Shown here: positions 25,250 through 36,746 of the stretch, in pieces | Numbering within the stretch: position 1 is the stretch's first letter | Layout of the letters: each line of letters starts with the position of its first letter | Position numbers and translations under genes: made by a program | Notes under the pieces: generated by a model | Seen by the model: the letters and a program-made list of their open reading frames with translations, nothing else | Told to the model about the DNA's origin: nothing | The model's database searches: none | DNA from: Camelus dromedarius | Taxonomy: Eukaryota | Assembly (NCBI RefSeq): GCF_036321535.1 | Contig: NC_087438.1 | Span: forward strand, 10,728,001-10,792,000 | Length of the DNA: 64,000 nt | Direction of reading: 5' to 3'

Positions 25250-26290
25250 TCATTTTCCTATATATCCAGTCTCTTCTTTGAAAATGCTAGTTCTTCTCCC
25301 CACAGCATGCAAGCATGCTCAGAATCTCTCCCATTTTGGAAAACAAAATCCTCCCTTGATCATTCTCCTCTTCCTCTCACCAGTGGTTTTGTCTTCCTCT
25401 CTCCAGGTGTACGCTTCTCTGGGTGTCTGCATCTCTGGCACTGGCGGGCACCAGGATCATCTAGAGAGCCTGTTAAAGCATCCATGACTGGGCTTCCTCC
25501 TCAGAGTTTCCGACTCAGTGGGCTTGGGGTAGGGTCCAAGATATGCATTTTGAGAGCTGAGGACCCAGGGTGAGACTCATCTCTCTGAAGAACACTCTAC
25601 ATTTGCTGGCTGCACTCAGTCTTTTTTTTTTCATTCGCTACGCAACCTGCTGCACCGTGGACTCTGCCACACCACCACCGACATCTATGTGTTGAATTCA
25701 GTGAACACTTTGTGTCCTGTCCTACTTGAGCCCTCTGAGACATCGGTCACCCAACCGCATCCCTCTCTTTCCTCATTTGGCTTCCATGACATCACTCTCT
25801 CCCCAGTCATCTCCTTCCTATCCACTCGTTCTTTCTGAGCTGCCTTTTCAGGAAGCTTTTCCACCCACGGTGTGTTTCAGTCTTCCTCAGAGGGCTGTCC
25901 TCGCCTGCTGTATTCTCCCTGAGATGCCTCAGCCAGCCCTGGAGCTTTGACGGCATGCCAGTAACCCCATCAACTCCTCCACCACTGGCCTCCCTTCTAG
26001 CTCCGCATCTGTACATCCAGACTCTTGATGTTCAACGTGTTCCCAAACAGGCTTATGATGTTTACCTGAGGTCTTCTCCTCTTGTTTTTCTTATCTCCTC
26101 AAGTGACACCCATTTTTCCTGAGCCAGAAATCTGTGTGCCATTCTCAGTTTTTTCTCCCTCACCCTTAATCCTGACATCCAAATCATCAAGGTATCTCTT
26201 ACATCCTGCCTTCTTTCATTTCCCATTGGTAATGGTTCACTATGTTTGCATAAATTACTGAAACAGCCTCTCAAGTGTTGACTCCGTTTC
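25250..26290 (+). mobile_element. L2 LINE fragment, interrupted by a MER5-like element
   Basis: Pyrimidine-rich L2 motifs such as cctgtcctacttgagccctctg and gacatccaaatcatcaagg. Confidence 0.55.
25410..25590. mobile_element. MER5A-like hAT-Charlie element
   Basis: gatcatctagagagcctgttaaa...cagagtttccgactcagtgggcttggggtagggtccaagatatgcatttt. Confidence 0.7.
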
Positions 26291-26859
26291 CAGGGTGGGA
26301 GGAATATAGGGGCAGCTCATCAGATCAAAGAAGCAAAGGTAAGGATATTAGCTTTCTGGTGTCTCCAGGAGCTTTTTAAACACTGGGCATATACGGGTCA
26401 CTCAAATAGTGGGACATTTTGCTATAACATAAATTCCGGTCTTGCCACTGGATGCACCAGCATTTTATACAGTGAATCACACATCTGGAGCAAATACAGC
26501 ATTGCCCTTCATTTCTGGAAACCTATAATTTTTCTTTAGTACAGTGTACGCAAACTTCTGCACTGTCTGGCTGTTGCTAGCTTCCCCCCCACCCACAAAT
26601 GACCACTGCTGAGAGGGAAGGGGCTCAACAGGCCCTCTCCTAATTTGGATTCAGTGCTAGGAACGGACTTTAAATACAGCAGTGCAGGTGGTAGGTGTTC
26701 CAAGCTCCATTTCACAAATGACACTGGGGCTCTGAGAAGGTAACAGAGTTAAAAGGCAGTGGAGCTAAAGATGCAAACTGGGTCTACAACGAAGCGTGTT
26801 GTAGGACATGAGAAACATCTAGCTCTTTCTGGGTAGAACCTGCAGTGTGTAGATTCGTC

Positions 26860-26914
26860 TTCTCTTTTTCTTTCAATGGAGACACTGGGGATCGAACCCA
26901 GGACCTTGCGCATG
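26860..26914 (-). mobile_element. 5'-truncated Vic-1-like SINE
   Basis: ggagacactggggatcgaacccaggaccttgcgcatg, i.e. only the B-box half of the tRNA head. Confidence 0.75.
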
Positions 26915-26923
26915 CATCCTTTT

Positions 26924-27217
26924 TTTTAAATTGAAGTATAGTTGATTTACAGTGTTGTATTAGTTTCGGCTGTACAGCAAAGTGATTCAGTTATACATAT
27001 ATATGTATATAAATTCTTTTTAAGATTCTTTTCCATTATAGATTATTATACAATATTGAATCTAGTTCTCTGTGCTGTACAGTAGGTCTTGTTGTTTATT
27101 TCAAGTGTGTGTCTGTTAATCCCAAACTCCTAATTTATCCCTCCCTCACTTTCCCCTTTGGTATCCATAGATTGTTTTCTAGGTCTGTGAGTCTGTTTCT
27201 GGTTTGTAAATTAGGTT
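26924..27217 (-). mobile_element. L1 3' end
   Basis: ttgaagtatagttgatttacagtg...; TSD CATCCTTTT at 26915-26923 and 27218-27226. Confidence 0.88.
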
Positions 27218-27359
27218 CATCCTTTTGTTGAAGTGCTGTAATTTTAATAAACTCAAAAATTGCTATAATAAAGCACAAGTAAGAAAAGTACTAAAGCCAA
27301 ATATAACCTGGTGGTCCTTTTCTATATACGACTTTGTTCTTTGTGTGTTGGTGTAGGAA

Positions 27360-27715
27360 AACTTAAAACTTTTTATTTGGAAATAATTATAGATTCTCAG
27401 GAACTTGCAAAAATAGTACAGAGATTCTGGGCACCCTTCATCCAGTTTCCCCCAGTGGTTACATCTTACACAACTATAGTGTGATATCAAAGCCAGCAAA
27501 TTGACATTGGTACAATGCGTGTGTGTGTATTTTTTTGCCTTTTGTCATATGTGTATATTCATATAAACACCATTGCAATGAAGATACAGAATTATTCCAT
27601 CACCACAAAGATGGCCCTCGTGCTTCCTTTATAATTACCTCACCCCTCTATTTTTAACCCTTGGCAACCACTAATCTGTTCTCCATCTTTATAAACTTGT
27701 CATATTGAGAATGAG
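27360..27715 (-). mobile_element. Old L1 (L1MC-like) 3' end
   Basis: ttttatttggaaataattatagattctcaggaacttgcaaaaatagtacagag...ggcaaccactaatctgttctccatc. Confidence 0.75.
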
Positions 27716-28189
27716 CATGAGGGGAAATCTGGGCTCCCGCTTGGCCTTAGCTGATGGAAGAAAGGGTGGGGCCATGTCTTTTCCATGGTGTTGGCTGGGG
27801 TAGGGCGGTTATTGTTGAAACTTTCTCTGTCTTGCTAGGTTATCCCTTTCCTGGTCCTTCAAATAGAGGGAGCAACCTTTTCTTTTTCGTCTGTTCCCCC
27901 TGTGGTTTCTGCATTGCTGGCCTCTCCAGGCAGCTGCCTGGGATTTGTGAGGCAAAAGGAAAGCCCAGGGCGCTAGGCATAGTGCTTCCCCCGGGGGCCC
28001 CAGGCCTCTGTAGGTTGTCCTTTCCTCTCTAGTTTCTGGGCTCTACTGCCGTTTGTTTTACACACAATGTGCAGGGTTTTCAGCTGTACTTCAACTTCCT
28101 TCCTTAAGACAAGCTGTGGTTGTGCATTCTTAGGAATGCTCCCTTAACATGTACGAAGGACCAATGGGTGCTAAAATGCACGACCTCTG

Positions 28190-28990
28190 CTCTGGGCTTC
28201 AGACCTTCGTAAGCATCTACCCTGGGTGTCCTACAGGCACGTAAACTCAGCAGGTGGCCCTCAAATTCCTTCTTGTTTTCACTATCTCAACTAGTGATAC
28301 TACCGGCAACTCAGTCATCTGAGGCCAAAACTTGGAAGCCAGTTTAGACCCCTGCTTCACACATGTGATCATTCATCACGTCTGACTGATTCTACTTCTT
28401 AAATATCTTCTGAACTTAACATCTGCCGCCCATTCCCTCGTCTTTATCTGAGACTTCACCATCACTTGCCTGGACCATTGTTGCCGGAACCTTGTACCAT
28501 AGCTCTTTGCCTCCAAACTTTGCTCCCTCTGAGCCATCCCCTCACTGTTCTGAAATGCGTCTTGTCTTTCTAAAATGAGCATTTGGTTCTTACTTCCCCT
28601 TCAAGTCCTTTTCCTGGTTACACAAGCCAGTTAGCCAAGGGCTCTTGTGATTAGGTCTTAATCTCCAGCCTCAGTCGTAGTCGTGCCCCTGTGGAACGTT
28701 CCGTCATTTGTACCACTTGTCCCTCCTCGTACCTGCCAAGCCGTTTCACGTCTCTATACTTTCCCCTGGGCCATCGCACACATGTTTTCTTCTCTTGAGA
28801 ATGTCCCCACTTCCTCTTTCTTCCCTTGTCTATCGATCTGATCTGGAAAATTGAGCAGATGAATCACTTTATTTGTGAAGCTTTCCTCGATGCTTAATTC
28901 TATAATTGTATTTAGTACAAGGTGTTGCAGTTATTTTAGTTGACACGTCTGCCTCTCCTAGAGATGATACATGCCTTTCTGAGACCAGAT
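28190..28990 (+). mobile_element. L2 LINE 3' region
   Basis: ccatcacttgcctggaccattg...ctttctaaaatgagcatttgg...gtgaagctttcctcga. Confidence 0.6.
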
Positions 28991-28999
28991 CTTACCAGA

Positions 29000-29240
29000 C
29001 AGCAGCATAATGGAATGCTTCAAAACAGGGATGCTGGAGTCTTGAGTTTAACTCCAGACTTCTAAGAATTAGTGCTGTGATCTCAGGTAAGTTACTTTAC
29101 CTCTTTGTTAAGAGGTTTGTCCTCTGTGAAAATTCATCGAATGTGAAATGGGGATTACTGTGAAGACTGGCCAAGATAACCTAAATTGCACAGCATAGTG
29201 CCTGGCACAAAATAAGCTCTCAGAAGCTGTTAGTTATTAT
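29000..29240 (+). mobile_element. MIR SINE
   Basis: ctgtgatctcaggtaagttactttacctct...gcatagtgcctggcacaaaataagctctcag. Confidence 0.7.
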
Positions 29241-29498
29241 GATTATTTTTACTGTAATTTACTGGACTATCCTCCTCATTGTTGAATACTTGGGTTGCTT
29301 CCATCTTTTTTCCTCTTTTTGCTATTGTAGCTAATACTGGTAGGAAATGTAAATAAATAACAAGAGATGACTAGAATTGGGATTATTTCTATGTCTTTAT
29401 ATCTGAAGTCAATGAAATCGACATAATTTTCCATCTATGTTTGAAATAGTTGTTGAAAAAGTCTCCGTATTACTTGTGATCTTTTTCGTATCACACAG

Positions 29499-29581
29499 CT
29501 CTTTGGGTCTCCCGAAATTGATGAAATATTTCTATCCTACAAGCCTTTGGAAGAGAAAGCTGCAGAGAAAGCACGTAATGG
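29499..29581 (+). other. Candidate internal exon (83 nt) of an unidentified transcript
   Basis: Acceptor ctttttcgtatcacacAG| and donor ATGG|GTGAGT in unique sequence; two of three frames open. Confidence 0.4.
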
Positions 29582-29846
29582 GTGAGTTTGTACCTGTGTC
29601 CTGGGTAAGGTGACAGCCCCGTAACTTTGTTTCTCTTTGCCTTGTTCTGCTCTTAGATGGGTGTACTTGAGGTTTTGAAGAACCTTTGTTTCTGCTGTAC
29701 CTTCTTTCCTCTACCCCATATAGCCTGGTTTGTAAACACAGACAGAGTGAGAGGCACCATTTCTCCTAAGAAATGGGCTAAGGGAAAGCCGATTTGAGAA
29801 GCTGGGACTCTACTTTTAGCATCAAAGTGATTTTGGCTTTAACCTC

Positions 29847-30186
29847 TCTGTTAGTCCATTCAGGGTGCTCCAGCAGAATGCCATAGACTGAGTGGCTTAC
29901 ACAACATTTATTTCTCACGTTCTGGAAGCTGAGAAGTTCAAGATCAAGGTGCTGGCCAGTTTGGTTCCTGGTGAGAGCTCTGTTTCTGCTTTACAGGTGG
30001 CTGCCTTCTTGCTGTGTTCTCACACTGTAGAGAGAGACCATCTCTCTTCATGTCTCTTCTTATAAGCGCACTACTTCCATTCATGACCTAGTTACCTTCC
30101 AAAGGCCCCACCTCTGTTCATCTTCACTTTGGGGATTAAGTGTCAACATCTGAATTTTGAAGGGACACAAAGACTCAGTCCAAGCA
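29847..30186 (-). mobile_element. MLT1A-type MaLR solo LTR
   Basis: Minus strand starts tgcttggactgagtctttgtgtcccttcaaaattc; 5-bp TSD ACCTC at 29842-29846 and 30187-30191. Confidence 0.85.
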
Positions 30187-31190
30187 ACCTCCTTCAGGAT
30201 GTGGAGGGGAGGGTGGGGGTCTTCTGAGACGATCATCTGAAGTGGAAATGTGGCCTCCAGAGACAACTGCATTTTTGAAGGTGATGCCAGCTGATTTCAG
30301 CTTATCCTACAAAAGCATGATATGTTTACAATAGGAGTTTAAAAGGATCTACCAAAAAGACATGTTATATTGCTGCCCTGATGGTACTAATTAGCAGCCC
30401 CGAAGCTTTCTCATTGTTTCCTGTTCTTATTAGTGAATCATCCCCTAAGATTTTATTGTGCTTAACCAAAATCTATTCTATTATGACTTAGTGGTTTTAT
30501 GTCGTGTTAGAGTGGAATGGGATGAGGATAAAGATGAATGATTCTCAGCTTTGGTAGTTCCCTTAATACACTCTTTCTAGATAGTATAAAGAGAATTCTT
30601 AGAGTGTAGTTCTGGTTTTTTCCAAGGTAACTAAGCTCAGTCTCGTTTCATCCATCTGCAAAATTTCAATTTTAGAACGGTGTAATGATCCATGACTCTC
30701 TCCTCTGTAGTCTACCATTTGGTCCTGGGCAGCATTTGGGATCTCTTCTTTTCCAGGTCAGGACTGCAAGTTCCACAGACTCAAAATCAGTGTGAAGAGG
30801 CATTTTCCAACTGGATGCTCCATCATGGGTAGATTATCTTTCTTTTTCTATGAATGATACCGGGAAAAGTTCCAGCTGTTTCCCCAGACCAAAGACCCTG
30901 AGATGAGGGCATTCATCTAGTGTTTAGGGACAATGAGAGGAGAGGTAATACACCTGGGGGCAGATACAGAAGGTCTAGATAAAAGCAGTCAAGGTGGTTA
31001 GTGTAAAAGTTTAAATCACCAAAATCCAAAATGTGGGATATATTTAATATCATTTACATGTGCGCTGTGCTTTTACTTCTTATTAACTCTTAATTACAGG
31101 TTAGCTCAGCTATTGGAAATCCAAAATATTTATTCACTTTTGTTTTTGGCAACGGTTAACGCAGCGGATTGTATCGACTCAGCCTATTGG

Positions 31191-31238
31191 ATTATATAAT
31201 GAATAACACAGTATGGACTGTAATATTCATTATATAAT
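31191..31238. repeat. Inverted repeat / hairpin
   Basis: 15-bp perfect arms ATTATATAATGAATA / TATTCATTATATAAT plus an inner 5-bp stem ACAGT/ACTGT. Confidence 0.9.
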
Positions 31239-31469
31239 ATTTATAACTGTGGTATTTGTTATGAAATATTTATCACCTCACTTAAAAACACGGGAAATGA
31301 TTTCTGATGAGTTCATGTTTGGATTATATGCTAATGCTTTCCAAAATTCCATACCTTAGTATGAGGAGAAATGAATCAAAATCCACTGCTTTAAACAACA
31401 TGAGTTAGGTGCTTATTTATTTCTGTAAAACCTCTCAGTACTTTGAGCAGATTTCATAGCTTTATGAGA

Positions 31470-32150
31470 AGAGTGACTTTCTATGCTAAACTGCTATGGC
31501 CAAGGCACATTTCCCAGACTCCTTTGCAGTCACATATGGTCATGTGACTGAGTTCTAGTCCACGGACTGTGAGTGGAGGTGAAGGGTGCCATTTCCAAGC
31601 CTGAGCCCTAAAATCCCCAAGCTCCTTCCTTTTCAAAGGCAACCTTGTCACAGACATAGAAAACAAACTTATGGTTTCCAGGGGAGTGGGAAGGGATAAA
31701 CTGGGAGTTTGAGATTTGCAGATACTAACTACTACATATAAAAGAGGTAAACAACAAATTTCTTCTGTGTAGCACAGGAAACTATATTCAATATCTTGTA
31801 GTAACCTATAATGAAAAAGAATATGAAAACAAATATATATATGTATATGTATAACTGAAACATTATGCTGTACACCAGAAATTGACGCAATGTTGTAAAC
31901 TGACTATACTTCAAAAAAACAAAACAAACAAACAAACAAAAAAACCAAAGGCAACATTGGAGGGAAAATGTGGAAGACAGTGGAATCAGAAGAGAGAAGA
32001 AGCATAGATCATTGAATAATTTCTTGAAGGAGAATCTTGATCAGAAACATCCATTTCAGAATTTTCATGAGCAGAAATAAAGCTCAGCTATGCTAATCTG
32101 CTGAGGTTTGGGGGTTTGTCTGCTTATCAGCTGGCAATCCCTCAACCAAT
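31470..32150 (+). mobile_element. Old MaLR LTR (MLT1I/J-like), split by an L1 3' end
   Basis: catttcccagactcctttgcagt...ggtcatgtgactgagttctagtcc...gagcagaaataaag...ctgaggtttgggggtttgt. Confidence 0.65.
31648..31945 (+). mobile_element. Lineage-specific L1 3' end
   Basis: tcacagacatagaaaacaaacttatgg...actgactatacttc plus (AAAC)n tail; TSD caaaggcaac(c/a)ttg. Confidence 0.9.
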
Positions 32151-32199
32151 ACGATTGCCCTAGGTTTTCCGCTCAGATTTAGTTCTCCTTTTTCAGTTT

Positions 32200-32400
32200 T
32201 TAGGATGACACTGTTGTTAAGACCATGAGCTTTGGAATCACATAGACCTAGGATGGAATCCTCTTACTGGCTATGCAGATACTGTAATTTTCAGAACTTC
32301 AATTTCCTCATTAAATTGGGGATGTAATCCTTACTATTTGGGATTATTGTGAGGATTAAACAGAAAGTATTTTGCACAGTGCCTGGCATATCATAAATGA
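32200..32400 (+). mobile_element. MIR SINE
   Basis: gagctttggaatcacatagacctagg...gattattgtgaggattaaa...cacagtgcctggcata. Confidence 0.7.
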
Positions 32401-32654
32401 TTTTTATATTTTTATTTTATTTTTATCTTTTTCACATTCATGGAAAAAATTGTTCTAATTAGTGAGTTTTAAATACTTTCTCTGTGATTTCTAGATTATT
32501 TATGGTCCTGTAACATGCTGCGCAGTTCCATCCACATGGTTGTGTTCTTTGTCTTCTCTCTGTCTAAACATTCCTGTCTTTATCTGGAAAAAAATTCTCA
32601 TCCTTCAAGGTCTAGTTCAAAAATTACCTGCTGTGTTATATTTTACTTTTCAAA

Positions 32655-33325
32655 ATTGGCCGCAGCAGTATTTCCGATCCTGCAAGCTCTTTTAGAACTT
32701 CACCATTTCTCCCTCAAGTGGTGGACAATATTTTGTGACCATGTCAATAAATAGAATGTGGCAAAGTTGAGGTGTGACTTCTGAGGCAGGTCATAGGTCA
32801 TATGGCTCCCACTGATTCTCTCTTTTTTTTTTTTTTTTTGAGTAAAGGTAGATTTATTTAGAGAGATACATACTGCATAGAGTATAAGGCAAGAGAAAGG
32901 AAAGGAAAGAGGTGTGGGGATTGGGTGCTTAGATTAAAGTAAAAGTAGGTACACACTCCATAGACAGAGTGCGGGCCATCTCCAAAGGGGAGAGAGCAAA
33001 AAGGGCGGACTCTCTTTGAAGGAAACTCACCCTTGAAACTCAGCCCCCATGCTGTAAGAGAGCCCAGGTAGCGTGGAAATGCTATGCATAGATGTGTATT
33101 CTAGCCATCCCCAGGTAAGGTCCCAGGCAAGGATCAGCATCAGTCTCCAAAGATGTGAATGAACAAACTTCTGAGAAGGCCCAGCTGACACTGAGTGGAG
33201 CAAAGATGAGCTGTCCCCACTGAGTCCGGATCAAACTGCAGACTCGGGAGCAAAATAAATGTCATTATTGTTTTAAATGACTAAATTTTGGCGTAGTTTG
33301 TTAAACAACAATAAATAGCAGAAAC
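32655..33325 (+). mobile_element. MaLR LTR (MLT1G/H-like), split by an LTR-derived retrocopy
   Basis: aatagaatgtggcaaagttgaggtgtgacttctgaggc...gagcaaaataaatgtcattattgttttaa...tagtttgttaaacaacaataaatagc. Confidence 0.7.
32826..33009 (-). mobile_element. Polyadenylated ERV1-type LTR fragment (processed retrocopy)
   Basis: Minus strand: gagatggcccgcactctgtctatggagtgtgt...ctctaAATAAAtctacctttactc(A)n; TSD CTCTCTTT at 32818-32825 and 33010-33017. Confidence 0.65.
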
Positions 33326-35199
33326 ACCTCCTCTAGAAAGCCATCCTTACAACCTCTTGGTTTTTCCCTTGGCCCTGAATTAGTAGCTTTTTTTCCGTGT
33401 TCTCTTAGCATTTTATTTACTTCACTAACACTTAACAATTTGTTAAAGTTTATAAAATTTTTGAGGGAAAGGTCAATGCTTGTTCTTCTTTTTTTTTTTT
33501 TTTTTGGTTACTTGTAGCGTCTAATGCAGTACCTAGTACTGTGCAGGTGCTGAGCAGACGTTTTTAAAATGATGGTTGAGTTTACGTTAGTTTTCTTTGT
33601 CAGAGCTACTATGCTCCATCTAGAAATTTCCACACTATATTAACTTCTGGGGTGAAATGCATCTGGATCATAAGCAAGTTGCACAAAACTCAAGGATGGG
33701 GATGACTATCCTGGAGGTTTTCATGAGAGTGGATGGAAAAAAAAACCCAACAGAATGACATGAGAGAATGTCTAGCTGTTATTAAGCAATATTTGCTGTT
33801 TTTTCTGGGACTCTATATAGCAATTTAACTTGTGATCATTGCTGCCAGGGGTTTAAACGTCATGGAAACCTTGATTACTCTTACCAGAATATCTTTTGTA
33901 AGCTCTTGTGACTTTCAGTGATGCTCTCTTTAACTAGATGACAGAAATGTGCCACAAAATACCTCGACATGCTTAGAGTGTATAAGTCGCAATTTCCATA
34001 TCTGTTTTCCACATCCTATCATTAGCAGCATTGGTACAAGGAAGCATATCTAGTTCAAAAGCTTCAAGTGTGCTTATTTCTCATAAATGGAAGGAATATT
34101 CAGCTAAAAGTCTACAGACCTGATTTTTCATCCTTGTTCTGCATATGGCTGAGTGTGTGATCCTTAGGAAAATCCTTTTCTTTTCTTCAGGTTTCCATTT
34201 CCTCATTTATGAGATGAGATGAAGACTGATGTTCTCCAGGGACATGTCCAAGTCTAGCTCTAACCATTCTATGAGCAAAATGATAGCACAACATTTTTTA
34301 CAGAGATACAGATGGAAACTCAACGTGCTTGATACTTCCTGACCCATAAATAAAACTGAGGTTGGAGGGAGCGTTAGGATTTTGAAATGATGACTACCTT
34401 TTCAGTGGCTGCACAAAACTAGCCTGTTCATCAGCTCTTCTTTTCATGGGTTGGAATGATACATTTTAACCCCTAAGACATGCTTATGGAGAGGTACCGT
34501 GCTGAAGAGGAAATCACAACAGTGCTTTTGGGGGCGAGTCTTTGATCTGCCATATCAGATTCCTGTCACTGTGTACATTCACTGTGCTGTAAGATTAAAG
34601 AAGCTTCTGTGACCCCTTTAAAGCTAAATCCACCTGAGGTTTGTCTTTAAGAGAGACTGTGCAGAGGTTAAAAAATCACCCTAGGGTTGCATTTTGAGAC
34701 AATGAGAATACTCAGCAATATGATATAGATAAAAAGTGGCGAGCAGGATTACATTTCTTTTTCCTGGCATGTTCTTTGAAGGTAGTCTATAATAAGGCAG
34801 AATGGAACTTGTCTCTCTATGACATTTTCCAATTTTTCTGGATGGTCAATAAAAGATAACATCACCACTATCATTTCTTTTCACCTGGTCTGGGAGAATT
34901 TTCTTTCTTTCTTTCTTTTTTTATTACAGATGAGAGAGATTTATTTTGTTAAGTAATTGATTATAAAATTTTATTTTTATATTCATCACAATTTTGTATA
35001 TTTTTATAACAGATGAAATATTTATATTTTACTTATAGGTACTTTATAATTCATATCATTACTTTTTGAATAATATATTTTCTTTTATATTTTCTTACTG
35101 TTTCTGGTGTATCAGAAACATACTGATTTTATCTGTGCTTTTCAAACTGAAAATAAATATATAATTTTCAGTTTTAATAAGCACTTTACTTTCTTTTTT

Positions 35200-36732
35200 G
35201 TTTTACTTATTTTCTTTTTCTTTTTTAAAATTTTTAAAACTTTTTTTTATTGAGTTATAGTCATTTTACAACGTTGTGTCAAATTCCAGTATAGAGCACA
35301 ATTTTTCAGTTATACACGAACATACATATATTCATTGTCACTGTTTTTTCACTGTGAGCTACCACAAGATCTTGTATATATTTCCTTGTGCTATACAGTA
35401 TAATCTTATTTAACTATTCTGCATATGCCTGTCAGTATCTACAAATTTTGAACTCCCAGTCTGTCCCTTCCTACCCCCTTCCCCGTTGGCAACCACAAGT
35501 TTGTATTCTATGTCTATGATTCTGTTTCTGTTTTGTATTTATGTTCTTCTTTTTTTTTTTTTTTTGGAGTCCATACATGAGCAATTTCATATGGTACTTT
35601 TCTTTCTCTTTCTGGCTTACTTCACTTAGAATGATATTCTCCAGGGACATCCATGTTGCCGCAAATGGCATTATGTTGTTGTTTTTTATGGCTGAATAAT
35701 ATTCCATTGTAGAAATATACCACATCTTTATCCAGTCATGTGTTGATGGACATTTAGGCTGTTTCCATGTCTTGGCTGTTGTAAATAGTGCTGCTTTGAA
35801 CATTGGGGTGCACGTATCTTTTTGAATTAGAGTTCCCTCCAGATATATGCCCAGGAGTGGGACTGGTGGATCCGATGGTAAGTCTATTTTTAGTTTTTAG
35901 AGGAACCTCCATACTGTTTTCCATAACAGCTGCACCAGATTGCATTCCCACCAGCAGTGTAGGAGGGTTCCCTTTTCTCCACAGCCTCTCCAGCATTTAT
36001 CATTCATGGACTTTTGAATGATGGCCATCCTGACTGGTGTGAGGTGATACCTCATTGTAGTTTTGACTTGTATTTCTGTGATAATTAGTGATATTGAGCA
36101 TTTTTTTCATGTGCCTATTGATCATTTGTATTTCTTCCTTGGAGAATTGCTTGCTTAAGTTTTTTGTCCATTTTTGGATGGGTTTGTTTGTTTTTTTCTT
36201 ATTAAGTCATATGAGCTGCTTATATATTCTGGAGATCAAGCCTTTGTCAGTTTCATCATTTGCAATAATTTTCTCCCATTCCATAGGTTGTCGTTTTGTT
36301 TTATTTATGGTTTCCTTTGCTGTGCAGAAGCTTGTAAGTTTCATCAGGTCCCATTTGTTTATTCTTGCTTTTATTTCTATTGCTTGGGTAGACTGCCCTA
36401 GGAGAACATTTTTGAGATGTATGTGAGATAATGTTCTGCCTATATTTTCCTCTAGGAGGTTTATTTTATCTTGTCTTATGTTTAAGTCTTTGATCCATTT
36501 TGAGTTTATCTTTGTGTATGGTGTAAGGGAGTGTCCTAGCTTCATTGATTTATATGCTGCTGTTCAGTTTTCCCAACACCATTTGCTGAAGAGACTGTCT
36601 TTATTTCTTTATATATTCTTGCCTCCTTTGTCAAGATTAGTTGACTGAAAGTTTGTGAGTTCATTTCTGGGCTCTCTATTCTGTTCCATTGGTCCATATG
36701 TCTGTTTTTGTACCAATACCATGCTGTTTTGA
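35200..36732 (-). mobile_element. Young lineage-specific L1, about 1.5 kb of ORF2 C-terminus plus 3' UTR
   Basis: ORFs 36207..36545 (LTPYTKINSKWIKDLN) and 35471..35803 (KTWKQPKCPS, MEYYSAIK); TSD TTACTTTCTTTTTT at 35186-35199 and 36733-36746. Confidence 0.95.
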
Positions 36733-36746
36733 TTACTTTCTTTTTT

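Noticed and set aside
31198..31221. Resemblance of the hairpin centre (ataacacagtatggactgt) to mature miR-410 as I recall it
   Set aside because: The match spans the loop rather than an arm, has an indel and a mismatch, and there is no surrounding miRNA cluster.
35471..36545. Protein-like ORFs (also 2756..3052 and 5668..6024)
   Set aside because: Frameshifted fragments of LINE-1 ORF2p, not host genes; no intact L1 is present.
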